NCBI GenBank assembly: GCA_964016885.1
Contig: OZ024742.1
Coordinates: forward strand, 181,102,001 to 181,166,000
Length of the DNA stretch: 64,000 nucleotides
Reading direction: 5' to 3'
Origin: Eledone cirrhosa
Taxonomy: Eukaryota
This document shows positions 50,196-64,000 of this stretch, one piece after another. Positions within the stretch are counted from its first letter, which is position 1. Every line of letters begins with the position of its first letter. The notes under the pieces were generated by a model. It was given only the letters and a program-made list of their open reading frames with translations, had not been told where the DNA came from and did no database searches. A program made the position numbers and the translations under genes.

Positions 50196-51804
50196 TCTTT
50201 CTCTTTCTTAAAGTCTTATGAATGAAGAGAGTAGATATGGAAAAGGCAGCCTGTCTAGAACTATCATTCCCAATAAATAAGACTGCATGACGTAGACATG
50301 ACCTATGTAAGATGTAAAGAAAGCAGCCCATCTAGAAGGAAGTCATTTTGAATAAATACGATGGCATGAGGCAGATGTGAGCTCTACAATCTTTAGTAAA
50401 GGCAACCTATCTAAGAGGGCAGTCACACTAAATCAAAACTGATACTGGGTAGAAGGGACTCTTCGGTCAAGTCAGACAACCTCACTATTACCAGTGGCAC
50501 AATTAAATACACCCAACCATGTTGTAAAGTGGTTTGTTATAGGAAGGGAATCCAGCCAGAAAAACTTAGCCAAAAATTTTGACCAGCAAAGAATATACAA
50601 TTCACACTTATTGTGTATACAGGACTAACACTAGTCGTGATAGTGAGGTGAATAACCTAACTACATGTGGATAGGTGGGTGGGTAGGTGGATTCAAGCAT
50701 ATCTATTTCTACATACATACACACCTGTAAACACACATCTATACATATGTACATATACATACATACATACAAATTATATATACATAAATACAAACATGCA
50801 TACATACAAAGCATTATACATTCATACATGCATGTACATGTACTCTCACACACGCTCTATTCATAACCATACTCATAAATCATTGATTAGAATGTAAAAT
50901 AGACAAAGACTAATTAGACACAAGAGGTCTTGATGGTAATTGACACAAAAAGGAAGCAGTCAGTCAAGTCCCAGTGTATATATTCTGCTCTTCTGCATAA
51001 TGGGTGGCAGTGCCTGGGTTTGTGGCCAAATTGACAACTGTGGAAGTGTAACTGATGCTCAGTAAAAAGTGCTATTTCTGTTGTTGATCATTATTGCATA
51101 TGGCAAATTCTCCTATAGTGCACAGAAAATATTTAAATATTCTTTACAACAGTCAGTCATAATTGTGGGTTGTTATAACGTATCCATATATTTGACTATA
51201 TGATAGGCTTTTGCATATGTTCTGTCTATAAAGTTTCATTGATTAGGCAATGGTCGACCCAAGGTTTTAGTAGAAAACACTTTTCTAAGATTCAATGCAA
51301 TGGAATTAAATCTAAAATTGCATAGATGTAATGTGAACTTCTTAACCACACAGCCATATCTAGTTCTATGGTACTAAATTATTTGTTTTAAAATATGCAT
51401 ATATATTTTAAAAACTTTCTATCATAATACTATGTAAAAATATTTGTTAAGTTATCCATTAAGTAATATCCAGTCAGTAATATTTTTAAATCCCACCAAA
51501 TTCTTGATTATTTTCAAAATAATTTGAAAATCATAGGCAGTGCCTTTCAATAGAAATACTATAATGAAAGGATTAGCCTATATATATTTATGTGAAAATC
51601 TTCAACCACAATTTAACTTAGGAACCTTTGTTATCTTCTAAACTCCAGATAATGAGAAACAGTTATATTACTAATACATCCAAGTTCTTGATTATTTTCA
51701 AAATGACTTGAACATTTTCATCAGAAATATAGTATTGAAAAGATTAAAGGGGATTATATTATAAACAACTATTACTTCATAAGGGGCTTATGCTTATTTT
51801 GGTT

Positions 51805-52250
51805 GTGGTGATATACACAATAAAGGCACCCAGTACATGCTATAAAGTGGTTGGTGATAAGAAAAGCACCCAACTGTAGAAAGCTTGCCATACAAAAGCT
51901 CGGGCGGACCCTTCAGTCATGTCAAGGACATGACAGCCTCCCTAGTGTTGGTGATCTACACAATAAATGCACTCAATATATGCTGTAAAGTGGATGGTGA
52001 TTGGAAGGGTATCCAGCCATAGAAAGCTTGTGAAACAAAAGGTTGGCAGAACTCTCATTTGTGTCAAAGACATAACCTTCCATGTGTACTCGGTAGAATG
52101 TGAGACCCTACATAAGCAAGATGACAGAGCCCTGGCTTGTCTGGGAGATCAGTAGCCACTGCTCCAATACTGACTTGGTTTGTGTAGACCTGTCCAACCC
52201 TTGCTAGCAGGGAAAGTAGACGTTAAATCGATGAGGATGATGATGATGAA
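51805..52250 (+). mobile_element. Non-autonomous RTE-derived dimer (two ~145-bp monomers + RTE tail)
   Basis: ggtgat.tacacaataaa.gcac.ca.ta.atgct.taaagtgg.tggtgat..gaa.. occurs twice, then gacctgtccaacccttgctagcagggaaagtagacgttaaa..(gat)n. Confidence 0.7.
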
Positions 52251-53629
52251 GTTGATCGTTATGAAGGCTGAAGGATTTGGCAACATGTCTTGGAAATAAC
52301 ATTGATTTACTTTTATCTGGAGATTTTTATTTCTATATATTTGATATTGAATTCTTATTAGTTTTTATTTTATTTTAAATTTCTGTTTGTTTATTAAATT
52401 ATTGTTTGAATAAAAATTCCATCTTATTTGTGGAAATTATTTGTTCATCAAAATTTAGTGCAATTATAAAATACAAGTATTTGAATAGAGACAATATGGG
52501 ATGAAAAGGACTCTTCTGTTTGATGACCTCTCTAATGCTAAATCTACTAAAAATTGCATCCAATACGCTCAGTAAAATGGTATCCAGTACATTCTGTAAA
52601 GTGATAGTGCCTGTGCCATGATAAAATAAACCCAGTACACTCTATATAGTAATTGGAATTAGGAAGGGAATGCAGCCCTAGAAATCATGTTTATATTTTG
52701 TGGAATGCCTGTCAATACAAACAGTTTTTTTCTGAAAATGTATGGTTCAATGACTTGATAAAAATTATATAGGTCTATCTAACATAACATTCAATGTTTT
52801 TGTTGTTGCTATTTAGATCTAAGACCGCCTTTGATGGAACAGCCATATGATCAGATGAGTTCCAGCTGTGACCACCATTTTTACTATCAGTCTAGAACCA
52901 CACAATTAGCTATGTTTTTTTTCCTTTTTTATAGTATACTTTCAGATATCTTTGTTTATTTCTAATTTCTTGTGAGTCAATTAATCATATAGTAAATGTT
53001 AATGAAATAAAATTACAGCTCTCACATGTGCAGGTTTAACTGACATCTTGCAAGGTTGCCTCTTATAGGAGGTTGCTTGGGTGTTTTAAAGATAAGGTTT
53101 CCAATGACATTATGAAAAACACCAGGAAATGAAGCATCCTGCTCAAGAACACAATGCACCATCCAATCCAAGAATTGAACCTATCACATTATGATTGTAA
53201 TTCCATTGCCCTGAACATTCAACAATGTGCCTCCACTATTGTATGCCTTGAGGGATATTTGATTGTTATTTCTAGTGAGTCAGTCAACCATATAGAAGCT
53301 CCTTCATTGGCTCACAATCAATATAATATTTAAATGTAAGTGGCAGTGTTCCATTATCAGAAATACATTTATAGATCTATCTAGTGTTCTGATTAGAGGA
53401 AAAGAACTGCATCACACAATTCTTTACTTAAATATTTTTATAATATAGTGTAATGATTTATCTATTTCTTAGTGTATCTCTGAGAGCAGGGCTAGGAAAT
53501 ATTTATATAATCATTGGTAAATTGCAAGTACACAAGAACTTGTTGATGTACATCTGTAATGAGGAAAATAATGAATCTTTAACTATGTGGTCGATAGATC
53601 GATGACAATTGTGCCAAAAAAAGAATTGT

Positions 53630-53965
53630 TTTGATAAAATGACAGAGATTGAAAACGTAGTTGTCACATTTCTTTCCCATCTTCAAAATGATGCTGCTTT
53701 TGTTCTGGAAGAAATCACTTTATTGCATGCTGAAGAAGCTAGATATGTTACAAAATCTTTATCCTTTCATTCATGTATTTGCAAGAAAACAGTTTGAATT
53801 ATACAAGTAATCCTTGTGTTCTGAGATAGTATTTCATTACATTCACAAAATGCTCAAATATATTCTGATAACAATAATATATCCCTTCTTACATATTCAA
53901 ACATTGATGGTTCAATTACAATCTTATCTAGATTCCTCTTTAAGCTGTGTTTACACTTGATAATT
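53630..53965. repeat. Dispersed repeat, inverted homologue of 95-455
   Basis: See 95-455. Confidence 0.85.
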
Positions 53966-54629
53966 TTCACAGTGGTTTATAATATAAAGAATTGTAGTTA
54001 AATCCACTTAGATCCTAAACTTTTAGCATAATATTGTTACTTTATTAAGATGAGTGGTATCAAGTTTTGTAATATTTTTAGCAGATCATGTATATTCATG
54101 TATGTGGATCATGCATGTACATGTATATTTTATTTACTTGAGTCGGTGTATGATTATTGTATTACTATCATTAGTGAATATTATAATCTTTTTTTGCAAT
54201 CAAAGTATTTAGAGAAACACTTGTTAATTAGAGCTTTTTTTCTTAACCATAGATATTCAAGTGCCCATATTGCTATTATGTAACTAAATTAACAAAGACT
54301 ATTGATAGGCCGCTGACTACAATGTAGAAGCAGGGATGATTATGAATTGGTAAATTGATAAGTTATCTGTGCAGCTTTTTACAACATTGAATTGGCATAA
54401 TAGTCTCTTGTCTATAAGCTTTATCAATTTCCAAATCAATAGAGCTATTAAAAATAGAGGAATTATGAAATAAATCGTGGCTAAATAGAGGCAACACCGA
54501 TTGTATACATTCAAACATGAATTAATTGGACACACACAATAAAATGTTTAAAAATATATTGTTGTAGAAAAGTATTTGTTAGTAATTAATTTAATAAGTG
54601 GGATGATTGTTTTCACTTTAAAGATGGAT

Positions 54630-55080
54630 GCTTTTACAGAGCAGTCAAACTATTGAGTGGAGATAGAAATACATAGAGTGGTTGAAATACTGTATAAAGA
54701 TAGAAGACATAGAGGGGTTAAAATATTGTATGGCGATATGGAGATAGCAATAGATTTAATGGTTGAACTATTGTATGGAGATAGAAATAGATTGAGTGGT
54801 TGAACTATTGTATGGAGATAGAAATAGATTGAGTGGTCGAACTATTGTATGGAGATAGTATATAGATAGAACAGCAGGACAGTAAGGAAAACGAAATAGT
54901 TAGACTATTGGAATTATTGTATGGAAAGAGATATAGTCCAGTCAAACTATTGTATTGAGATAGTAATAAATAGACCATTGGAACTATTGTTTGGAGATAG
55001 TGGATATGGACAAGTTGAGCTATTGTAGAAAGGTAGTGGATAAGCCATTGTAAATGTTTTATGGTGATAAATGTAGATAG
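54630..55080. repeat. ~37-40-bp degenerate minisatellite
   Basis: Unit ggttgaactattgtatggagatagaaatagattgagt. Confidence 0.85.
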
Positions 55081-56234
55081 ATATATTCTATATAGAATTG
55101 ATGGGGTTATATTGTCTCAAAACAATTATTTCTTTATATTTCACTATACTAATTCAGGAAGGAAAGAAATACATAGAAATATATATCTAGAATTTTCATG
55201 TTTCATGAGACTAGGGATCAACACTTAAATCCATCTCTGAGTTGCAGGCGATCATAAAGTTTCTTTGTGGAAGACCAGCAGTAGCCTACACATAGAAGTC
55301 TCCCATCTTCATGTCACTCAATGTTGTCCATGAGAAAGGTAAGGACCAATACTGCTTGACAATAATAATGTCATTGGTGAACTCAGAAGAGATATTGCAA
55401 AGCATCATGTTTAATCCCGTAATGCTTCTCCCAATTCACTATATACATACATATATAAACAAACACATAAAAAGACATGCACACACATATATATATATGT
55501 ATATATATATATAGAATCTGCAATGCTTAGACTGCGGAGACCACTAATCATGTGAGTACTCAATATATGTGGAGATGTAGAGTGGGTATACAGATATATA
55601 AATTTCTGACTGCAGCACCAAGCAGTTTCTTGGTGCCATGGTCGTGATTTTACATCTCTCTCTCTCATATATATATATAAGGGATAACAAAATATTGTTA
55701 TAGGTAATCCAGTTAAAGACTGTAAATAAAACCCTTTATTGTACTGTTGACCATGTTATTCTTCACTCTTTTATATATATATATATAAAATCATCACTGC
55801 TGTATGTATGCTGGCTATGAATTCATGTCTGAAGAAGACCATTGTTGACTAAAGGAAAGTCAGCAATACCCATATAAAAATAAGGTCCACGAAGGCTTAC
55901 ACAACACTCCTTAGACACCCTATTGTCATTATCCGAGACAAGCTGAAGCGAGGTATCTGATCTCAGTAAGGGTCACAGCCTTGAGTGTGTGAGAGTATCA
56001 AGATTGTTAGCTATATATGTGTGTGTGTCTGTTTCTTCAGAATCAACTTTTGATAAATGCTATTCCACTCTAATAGCATTTAGCAATTTTTCACTTCATT
56101 GCTATTCACACCAGCATGAACCCTCAATCATCTATATATTCACTAAAACCATGAACTAACAAATTCCAGGTGACTGATTTTGGTAAAAAGCATGTGTAAA
56201 AGAAGCCTAATGTAAGTATGCATGTATGTATATA

Positions 56235-56295
<61 letters not shown>

Positions 56296-56539
56296 CGGTT
56301 TGTTTCCATTCCAGTTAAGGCAAAATGACAGTCTTAGTTTTATATATGTATATATATATATATTTGTGTGTGTGTCAGTTGGCTGATGATACTGAATAGT
56401 GGCTGTTGACATTTAATTATGTCCAGCATTAACCATACATCCTACCATGTAGCATTTCAATGAAGTTTGAGGCTGTTTGGCTGCTATAACAATGCCAGTT
56501 TGTACTTATCACCCCCTTCCCTCTTCATCCCCAAATATC

Positions 56540-57375
56540 TACGGGGGAAAATCAAAAGTTATCTGTACTTTTGCTAAATGTTTCTTTAGGTTAGTTGCAC
56601 TGCCTTCAGTGCTTGTGCGATAAAATGGTAGCATCTTAGTAGTTATGTAACCAAGGTTGGGTCTTGATTATTCCAATTTTCTTTCTTGTGTTACAGAGTA
56701 AACATAGCTGCTGCACTGGCAGTGTACATCAAGGTACAATAGAGATCAGTGAGAGCACTGTACATAATTTTCATTATTATAATTTCTCATGTCTGAAGGT
56801 GTGTTAGGTGCTGAAATTCATTGCTGGCTTTCAGTGCAATACAGAAACTATGCTCTACATGTAGGATCAAGGTTTAAAAATGGCCAGACAAGCCCAAAGC
56901 ATGAAGTGGGAACAGGATGTCCATCAATCTCCACTACTGACATAAAGATTCAACAAGCTCAAGTGATTGTTCTGGTTAACTGATGAATGATCGTTGATGA
57001 GGTGGTATGTTCTCTGCAAATTAGTCATGGTTCTGCATACAAAATTATCCATGACAAGAATTGCTTCCATAAAGTCTGTGTGTGATGTGTGCCAAGAGAG
57101 CTTACCAAAGCACATAAGTGCAATCGTGTGGAGATCTGTCAATGCTTTCTCAACTGCTACATCAATGAAGGCGAAGCATTTTTGAGAGAATCATCACAGA
57201 TGAGACCTGGGTCTAGCACTGAGCCCGAATCCAAAAGGCAGAGTATGGAGTGAAAACACTTGAGATTAGCAGCAAATAAAAAGTTTAAGACTCAACCTTC
57301 CACAGAAAAAGTTATGCTAACTTTTTGAGAATGCAAAAGGGCCTATACTGGAACATTACCTTGAAAAGGCTATAG
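56540..57375 (+). mobile_element. Decayed mariner transposon (left end + partial transposase)
   Basis: TIR-like tacgggggaaaatcaaaagttatc. SEGVLGAEIH HTH region, ITDETWV, EPESKRQSME, KVMLTF, KGPILEHYLEK. Confidence 0.75.
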
Positions 57376-58619
57376 TGAAATGCTGGCCAACAAACTAAAA
57401 CCAGCAATTTCCAAATACCTTTGAAATTAATCAAATATTCAGAGAGATTTAGTAAAATAATTAACTTTCTCATTATGGTCTTTGGAACATAACTCAACAA
57501 AGGTGCTTACAAAAAATTATAATGGGAAGTTGTTAAATGATTATGAACTCTTTAAGACAAACAGCTTTGTATTATAGAACCAGGAGTGGTTTCAGGTAAT
57601 TTGGTATTAAAAGGGATAAGTAGTATATACTATATACTACTAAAACTTTGAGATTGTGTGCTTGTCTTTAAAAATGAAACAGCCAAAATGGTGCATAATG
57701 GGAAAATATTGTCCCTGAAATGGGAATACAAATGGAATAAAAGTTTCATGTAAGTCGGAGTACAGTTTCCTGAGGTATGAGTTTTTATGAGATAGTGGTT
57801 GTGAGAGAGTAGATTGAAAATTTCATTTTACATTATATACATGTCTGTATATATTTTAATTATTTAAAAATTATTTTAAAATAAATATGATTTCAAAAAA
57901 ATATATTTAAGTAAACCTGACTCAACGGGTCATGGGTGGTCTAGGATTTATCTAAGAACTTTCCATCGTAATTTTATGTTGCTTAATAATGAGAAAGTTA
58001 TTCATATTACTAAATACCTCCAAATTCTTTATTATTTTAGCTTTATTTGCAAACGGCAAGCAGCTCTGTTATGTATATATATATCATTTAATGTCCATGT
58101 GTGTGTGTGTTTGGTAGTTCAACAAGTGGAGATTGATAAAATGCAAACCAGACTGGGATTGATATAATCGTTTAAATTCTATGAAAGTAGTGCCACAACA
58201 TGGCTGCAACTAAATGACTGAAACCAGTAAAAAGAAAAAAAAATTGTTTTCCATTTGAAATATAGTAATGAAAGATTTTAAGATTAATCAACATCTTACA
58301 AACTACTTTCTGATGCTATCATTATATAAATGTAAACATTACTTCCAGATAGAATATATATTTGCTTTCTGAGCTATTCACTGATAATAGGAACTAATTA
58401 TATTGGGGATAACCTTAAGGGGTGGGATGTAGTGGGCGGGGCCTCTTTCGAAAGTGTTAATGATGAGATAGAAAGATAATATTGATTACTTTACAAAATA
58501 TCTCTTGAAATCAATTTTGAAGAATAAACTAAATATTTATGGTATCCACTTTACTTTATTCTCTTTTTTCTCTCACCTTCTATCTGCCTCTTCAGTTTCT
58601 GTCTTTCTAATGTAGCCAT

Positions 58620-58770
58620 ATATATATATGTGTGTGTGTGTGTGTCTATGTATATCAGGAAAGTGAATGTTAAATGGTATATAAACACATATACACACAC
58701 ACATATATGTACATATATATACACACACACACACACATATATATGTACATATATATATACACACACACAC

Positions 58771-58823
<53 letters not shown>

Positions 58824-58882
58824 CACAGATATATACACACATCTATGCACATACACACATCTATATATGTACATATATATAT

Positions 58883-58945
<63 letters not shown>

Positions 58946-59008
58946 CACAGATATATACACACATCTATGCACACACACACATCTATATACATATATATAT
59001 ATATACAT

Positions 59009-59050
<42 letters not shown>

Positions 59051-59300
59051 ACATATGTACTCATATACACACATATACACACGTCTATATGTACACATAC
59101 ACACATATATATACACATATACACACATATGTACTCATATACACATATATATGTACACACAATCTCACATGTATATGTACACATGTACACACATATATAT
59201 ACACACACACATATATATATACACATCTATACACACACACACATCTATATACATATATAAATATACATACATACATACATACATATAAATATATAAATAC
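58620..59300. repeat. Compound (TA)n/(CA)n microsatellite
   Basis: Direct inspection. Confidence 0.95.
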
Positions 59301-59521
59301 ATTTTATTTTCTCTTGTTTTATATATGACTTATTCTTTTCTCTTTAGCCACTTTCATTTTCCATATTTATTCAAGAATCTTGAAAAAGTACTTAAATCCT
59401 TCTTGCTCCTGTGTTAATTTTTTATGTTCTTTTATCTCAGAAGAGCAAAATAAATAAATAAAAGCAACCAGTAGTATATTGTTTTAGTTCCTGTTGATTG
59501 TATAGTTGATTGCCGTAAAAA

Positions 59522-59838
59522 TATTTGTTTCTACTTTAGGCACAAGGCCAGCAATTACCCAGTACATTACTGGTACTTTATTTTATCGACTCCGTAAGGA
59601 TGAAAGGCAAAGTTAACCTCAGCAGGATTTGAACTCAGATCATAACAAGGATGATAATAATAATTGTTTCTACTTTAGGCACAAGGCCAGCAATTACCCA
59701 GTTCATTACTGGTACTTTATTTTATCGACCCCGTAAGGATGAAAGGCAAAGTCAACCTCGGCGGGATTTGAACTCAGATCGTAAAGGGACGTAACTATGC
59801 TGGAAAGCATGGCGTCCGACCCTCTACCGATACTGCCA
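59522..59838 (-). mobile_element. Two tandem Nin/Deu-core SINE copies
   Basis: tgtttctactttaggcacaaggccagcaattacccag..ggatgaaaggcaaagt..gatttgaactcagatc occurs twice; the second copy has the full head. Confidence 0.88.
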
Positions 59839-59869
59839 AAAAATATTGATGTTATTATTGCTGTTAATA

Positions 59870-60975
59870 TGGATGTGTTATTGTTGTTGATGTTGATGAT
59901 GATCTTCATGATGATGTTGATGCTGTTAGTGTTGTTGATGATCATGATGATCATGATGATAATGTTGGCGTTGTTGATGGTGTTGGTGGTGTTGATGGTG
60001 ATGGTGGTGGTGTTGGTGGTGGTGTTGTTGATGGTGTTGGTGGTGGTGGTGTTGATGGTAGTGGTGGTGATGGTGGTGTTGATGGTGATGGTGGTGGTGG
60101 TGGTGGTGTTGATGGTGGTGGTGGTGGTGTTGATGATGGTGGTGTTGGTGGTGGTGTTGATGGTGTTGGTGGTGGTGGTGTTGATGGTAGTGGTGGTGGT
60201 GTTGATGGTGGTGGTGGTGGTGGTGTTGATGGCGGTTGTGTTGTTGGTGGTGGTGCTGGTGGTGGTGTTGGTGGTGGTGTTGATGGTGATGGTGGTGGTG
60301 TTGATGGTGATGGTGGTGGTGGTGGTGTTGATGGTGGTGGTGGTGTTGATGGTGGTGGTGGTGGTGGTGTTGATGGTGGTTGTCTTGTTGGTGATGGTGC
60401 TGGTGCTGGTGTTGATGGTGGTGTTGTTGATGGTGGTGGTGTTGATGGTGATGGTGGTGGTGGTGTTGATGGTGTTGGTGGTGGTGTTGTTGATGGTGGT
60501 GGTGTTGATGGTGATGGTGGTGGTGGTGGTGGTGTTGTTGATGGTGGTGGTGGTGGTGGTGGTGTTGGTGGTGGTGGTGGTGTTGATGGTGATGGTGGTG
60601 GTGGTGGTGTTGATGGTGTTGATGGTGGTGTTGTTGATGGTGGTGGTGTTGATGGTGATGGTGGTGGTGGTGTTGAAGGTGGTGGTGGTGTTGTTGATGG
60701 TGGCGGTGGTGGTGGTGGTGGTGTTGATGGTGATGGTGGTGGTGGTGGTGTTGATGGTGTTGATGGTGGTGTTGTTGATGGTGGTGGTGTTGATGGTGGT
60801 GGTGGTGGTGGTGTTGAAGGTGGTGGTGGTGTTGTTGATGGTGGTGGTGGTGGTGGTGGTGTTGATGGTGATGGTGGTGGTGTTGATGGTGGTGGTGGTG
60901 TTGTTGATGGTGGAGGTGTTGTTGCCGACACTATTGCTATTGTTATTGTTGATGTTATTGTGGATATTATTGTTA
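59870..60975. repeat. (GGT/GTT/GAT)n trinucleotide low-complexity tract
   Basis: Direct inspection; source of the Thr-, Pro- and Val-rich ORFs. Confidence 0.95.
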
Positions 60976-61289
60976 TTGGAAAAAGTGGACAATGGTGATT
61001 CTGTTCGTGTTATGTCATCTCTAAAAGTAATTTACCCAATTTTTTTCATCTATTATTTATAGTGATTGACTTATTAAAGTTGTTTTTTGTTTTTGTGACT
61101 CTCACATTTTCATATTTATAATTTTCAACTATTTTTATAGTTATCTGTATTATGATGCCTCTTTAGTTCCATTTGCTCTCTATAACAGCATTGGGGGACA
61201 TTCACCATTTCTGTAGCAGTTTTGATTAAATGTGGTAAGGTTGCTAGCCTCTTGCTCCATCCTTCCTTCTCTATTTAAATATTAACTAT

Positions 61290-61326
61290 TATCCCACCCT
61301 TGCAAGCATGGAAAAGGGGACGTAAA

Positions 61327-61357
<31 letters not shown>
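61290..61357 (+). mobile_element. Solo RTE-type 3' tail
   Basis: tcccacccttgcaagcatggaaaaggggacgtaaa(atg)n. Confidence 0.85.
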
Positions 61358-61360
<3 letters not shown>

Positions 61361-61566
61361 ATAATTATCAATTATGATTTGTAGTTATCAGCATAGTGGT
61401 GGCTTCTCAAAGAAGTATATTTTCAATGCTTCATAAATTAACCAAACATATTCATATATATATATATAACGAAGGAAATGTGGTAAGGAACCAGGTGGAC
61501 CATAACGCACCAAAGTACTCAATATTTGAGGTAGTAGAGTGGGTAATAGGAACCAGTGTGTGTGTG

Positions 61567-61681
<115 letters not shown>

Positions 61682-62408
61682 GGATACTGAAGCTATGTCC
61701 ATCCTATTTGACAAGCTTCATCTCTTAATTCTTTTAACTCCCAAGTTGAACTTTCTCACTGTTTTTCTAGCTTTATTTATTTATTTTTTGCTGTACTGCA
61801 TTTGTTTTCTATTTGAAAGCACCCATGTAGAGTGCTTTTGGCAATCGTCATATATTTTTGCAATGCAAATCATTTGCCAACATGTGTTCCTGTAAATGAT
61901 CAGACCTGGATTATCTTCTCTTTGATATGACATCACGCGTCACTAGAAGTTGACAACTACTACAGCAACTTGCAACCAGCAACTGAAGATAGTGGTACAC
62001 CATTTTGATCTTTCCATTAGAGGGAGGTGAAATCCCATTGATGACATGGTCCTACACCAAATTACATAATGTATACTAACATTACCTAATATTCTGCACA
62101 TAGTTGTTCCATTCAGAATACTGCCAGAAGATTGGAACTGTAGAAACTCATGCATTGGTCCAGGTATCTCAATTATCTTACCCACACAAAGTCGTCTTCC
62201 TCACTGATTAACGGATGTGTGCACTCTAACCAACTGAGTTTGAATTTTAATATGATCTTAATTGGTTAATGTGTGAGTGAGGAAACGACCAAAGGTATGC
62301 CCATCCTATTCAAGAAGCCTTGTCTCTTTATGCGTGTGTGTATGTGCATGCATGTGTGTACTAAGTGACCACATGACATGATGGATGTGTGTCTCTCATT
62401 TAACCATA

Positions 62409-62775
62409 CAGAGTGAGTCAAAATTATGTTAACACTTTTTTCGATCAAACATTTCTAAATCGTTGGATAGGTTGCGGTGGACCATTGGCATGGCCTGCAC
62501 ACTCCCCTGATCTGACACCCTGTGACTTCTGGTTATGGGGCATGGTAAAGAGCGCTTGTATAGCAAAAAGTTAGAGAGATCGATGAACTTAAGGACAGAA
62601 TACAAGGTGTCATATCAAGTATTCCCTGCGAAATGTGTGTCAAGGCACTAAGTTGTACTGTTGATCGCTGGTTTTTGTGTATTGATAATGCTGGTGACCA
62701 GGTTAAGACTGTTCAGTAAATACTGAATAAATGATTTCTCCCATACTAGTGTTAACATAATTTTGACTCACCCTA
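62409..62775 (+). mobile_element. Internally deleted Tc1/mariner element (DD41D-like C-terminus)
   Basis: TA-flanked ~27-bp TIRs cagagtgagtcaaaattatgttaacac / gtgttaacataattttgactcaccct. RWIGCGGPLAWPAHSPDLTPCDFWLWGMVK. Confidence 0.85.
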
Positions 62776-62964
62776 TATTAAAAACTTTATAAATCTTCTT
62801 GTGTAACTTCTGGTTAAATGCAAAATACTCTTTGAAGAAGCCATACCATCCTAAGTTATGATTATGTAACAACACACTGACATTGTGAAAATGTGCGTAA
62901 CTGAAATGAATTTAATTGTGTTATAACGCAGCATTGTATTAACATTCATTCATATACATATGTA

Positions 62965-63303
62965 GGAGGCACATGGCTTAGTGGTTAGAGCATTGGCCTT
63001 GCAATCGAAAGGTTGTGAGTTCAATTATCAGACTGGGTGATGTGTTGTTTCCCTGAGCAAGACACTTTATTTCACATTGCTCCAGTTTACTCAGCTGTAG
63101 AAATCTGATGATAGGGACTGGGGTCTATATCATTCCACTGCAAAGTGGTCGTGGAGGTGCCACGGCAAAAAAGCACCCGGCACTCACTGTAAATGCGGTT
63201 GGTGTTAGGAAGGGCATCCAGCTGTAGAAATCAAGCCAGAATCAGTTCCCGTCCCACTCTTGCAAGCAGGGAAAAGCGGACGTAAAATGAAATGATGATG
63301 ATG
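62965..63303 (+). mobile_element. Mosaic tRNA/CORE-like/RTE SINE, full length
   Basis: A-box tggcttagtgg, B-box gagttcaatt, ctgagcaagacactttatttcacattgctccag, body ggtgttaggaagggcatccagctgtagaaa, RTE tail and (atg)n. Confidence 0.9.
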
Positions 63304-63689
63304 TGTGTGTAAAGGAAATAAAGATGCTGATTGACAGATTGGACCAGTATTTCCATTGGTTTTTCAATTATTGGTGACACTATCTCTTGGTGGCAACTTT
63401 TGGCAGGAAGAGCAACATGATATAAAGTATTTTCTTCAAGAACGCAATGTGCTGTCAAGTCAAGAGTTTGAACCCACAACCTAAACAGGATGAATGGAGA
63501 AACATTAATGCAGTCTCCTAAGCAAAATGTACTCAAAAGATAGAGTTAATAACAATATTGTTTTGGGGGGGGAGGGAGGAGGGGGGTCATGCTGATAGTG
63601 TCTTTCTCAGCAATTGATACAGATCTTACTTTGAGTTTCAAATCAACACTTGTAAAAAAAAAGTCTGTCTTAAGCCAGAAGATTCATTT

Positions 63690-63935
63690 GGCCAGTGCTT
63701 ATCCCGGTTTCATGGTGTGAAGCGACTGAGAGTACAAGACTTCCCCTAGACAGGACGCCAGTCCATCGCAGGGTTAAACCTCCAGCTATTGCTCGTACTC
63801 ATTTTCAGCTGAGTATACTGGAGCAATGTGAAATGAAGTGTTTTGCTCAAGAACACAACACACAACCCAGGAATTGAACCCATGACATTATGATCGTAAG
63901 TCCAACACTCTTACCATTAAACCACGTGCCTCCAC
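63690..63935 (-). mobile_element. tRNA/CORE-like SINE with a different 3' body
   Basis: Reverse complement: ggaggcacgtggtttaatggtaagag..gggttcaattcc..ttgagcaaaacacttcatttcacattgctccag..aaccctgcgatggactggcgtcc. Confidence 0.8.
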
Positions 63936-64000
63936 CAATACTTTTGGATGTATACATATACATATATATGCAGGTGTACCCCAAAAATGTATACACAGTT

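Noticed and set aside
59706-61062. Mucin- or extensin-like ORFs
   Set aside because: Trinucleotide tract; the ORF ends run into SINE sequence.
62965-63040. tRNA gene (also 1678, 4148, 34780-34850, 63860-63935)
   Set aside because: A/B boxes are present but there is no proper acceptor stem, and each runs into a SINE body.

Overview
AT-rich animal (non-bacterial) DNA made up almost entirely of repeats. The SINE and MITE families and the abundant (TA)n/(CA)n tracts resemble coleoid cephalopod (octopus-like) genomes; this is inference, not a database match. No host gene can be called with confidence. Non-LTR retroelements: four RTE LINE copies, each with a PHD-type C4HC3 finger (remnant in one) inserted between RT core and thumb; Expander/Rex3-like RTE 3' ends; a near full-length Tx1/L1-type element missing its 3' part, possibly a twin-priming inversion; R4- and CRE-clade relics. 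Penelope-like elements: one Naiad-like with a 91-bp inverted end and a hammerhead ribozyme, and one GIY-YIG remnant with a 1.5-kb C-rich tail and a hammerhead core. DNA transposons: three Tc1/mariner relics (DD37D, mariner, DD41D-like) and TTAA/piggyBac-like MITEs. Also present are many tRNA-derived SINEs (Nin/Deu-core and CORE-like/RTE-tailed), several minisatellites, and a 5-kb head-to-head inverted array of a 65-bp satellite. The most interesting items are the PHD-bearing RTE family and its module swapping with SINEs, the hammerhead/Penelope cluster in (TA)n tracts at 13-19 kb, the foldback-like satellite palindrome and the inverted Tx1 structure. Most coordinates are approximate, read by eye.
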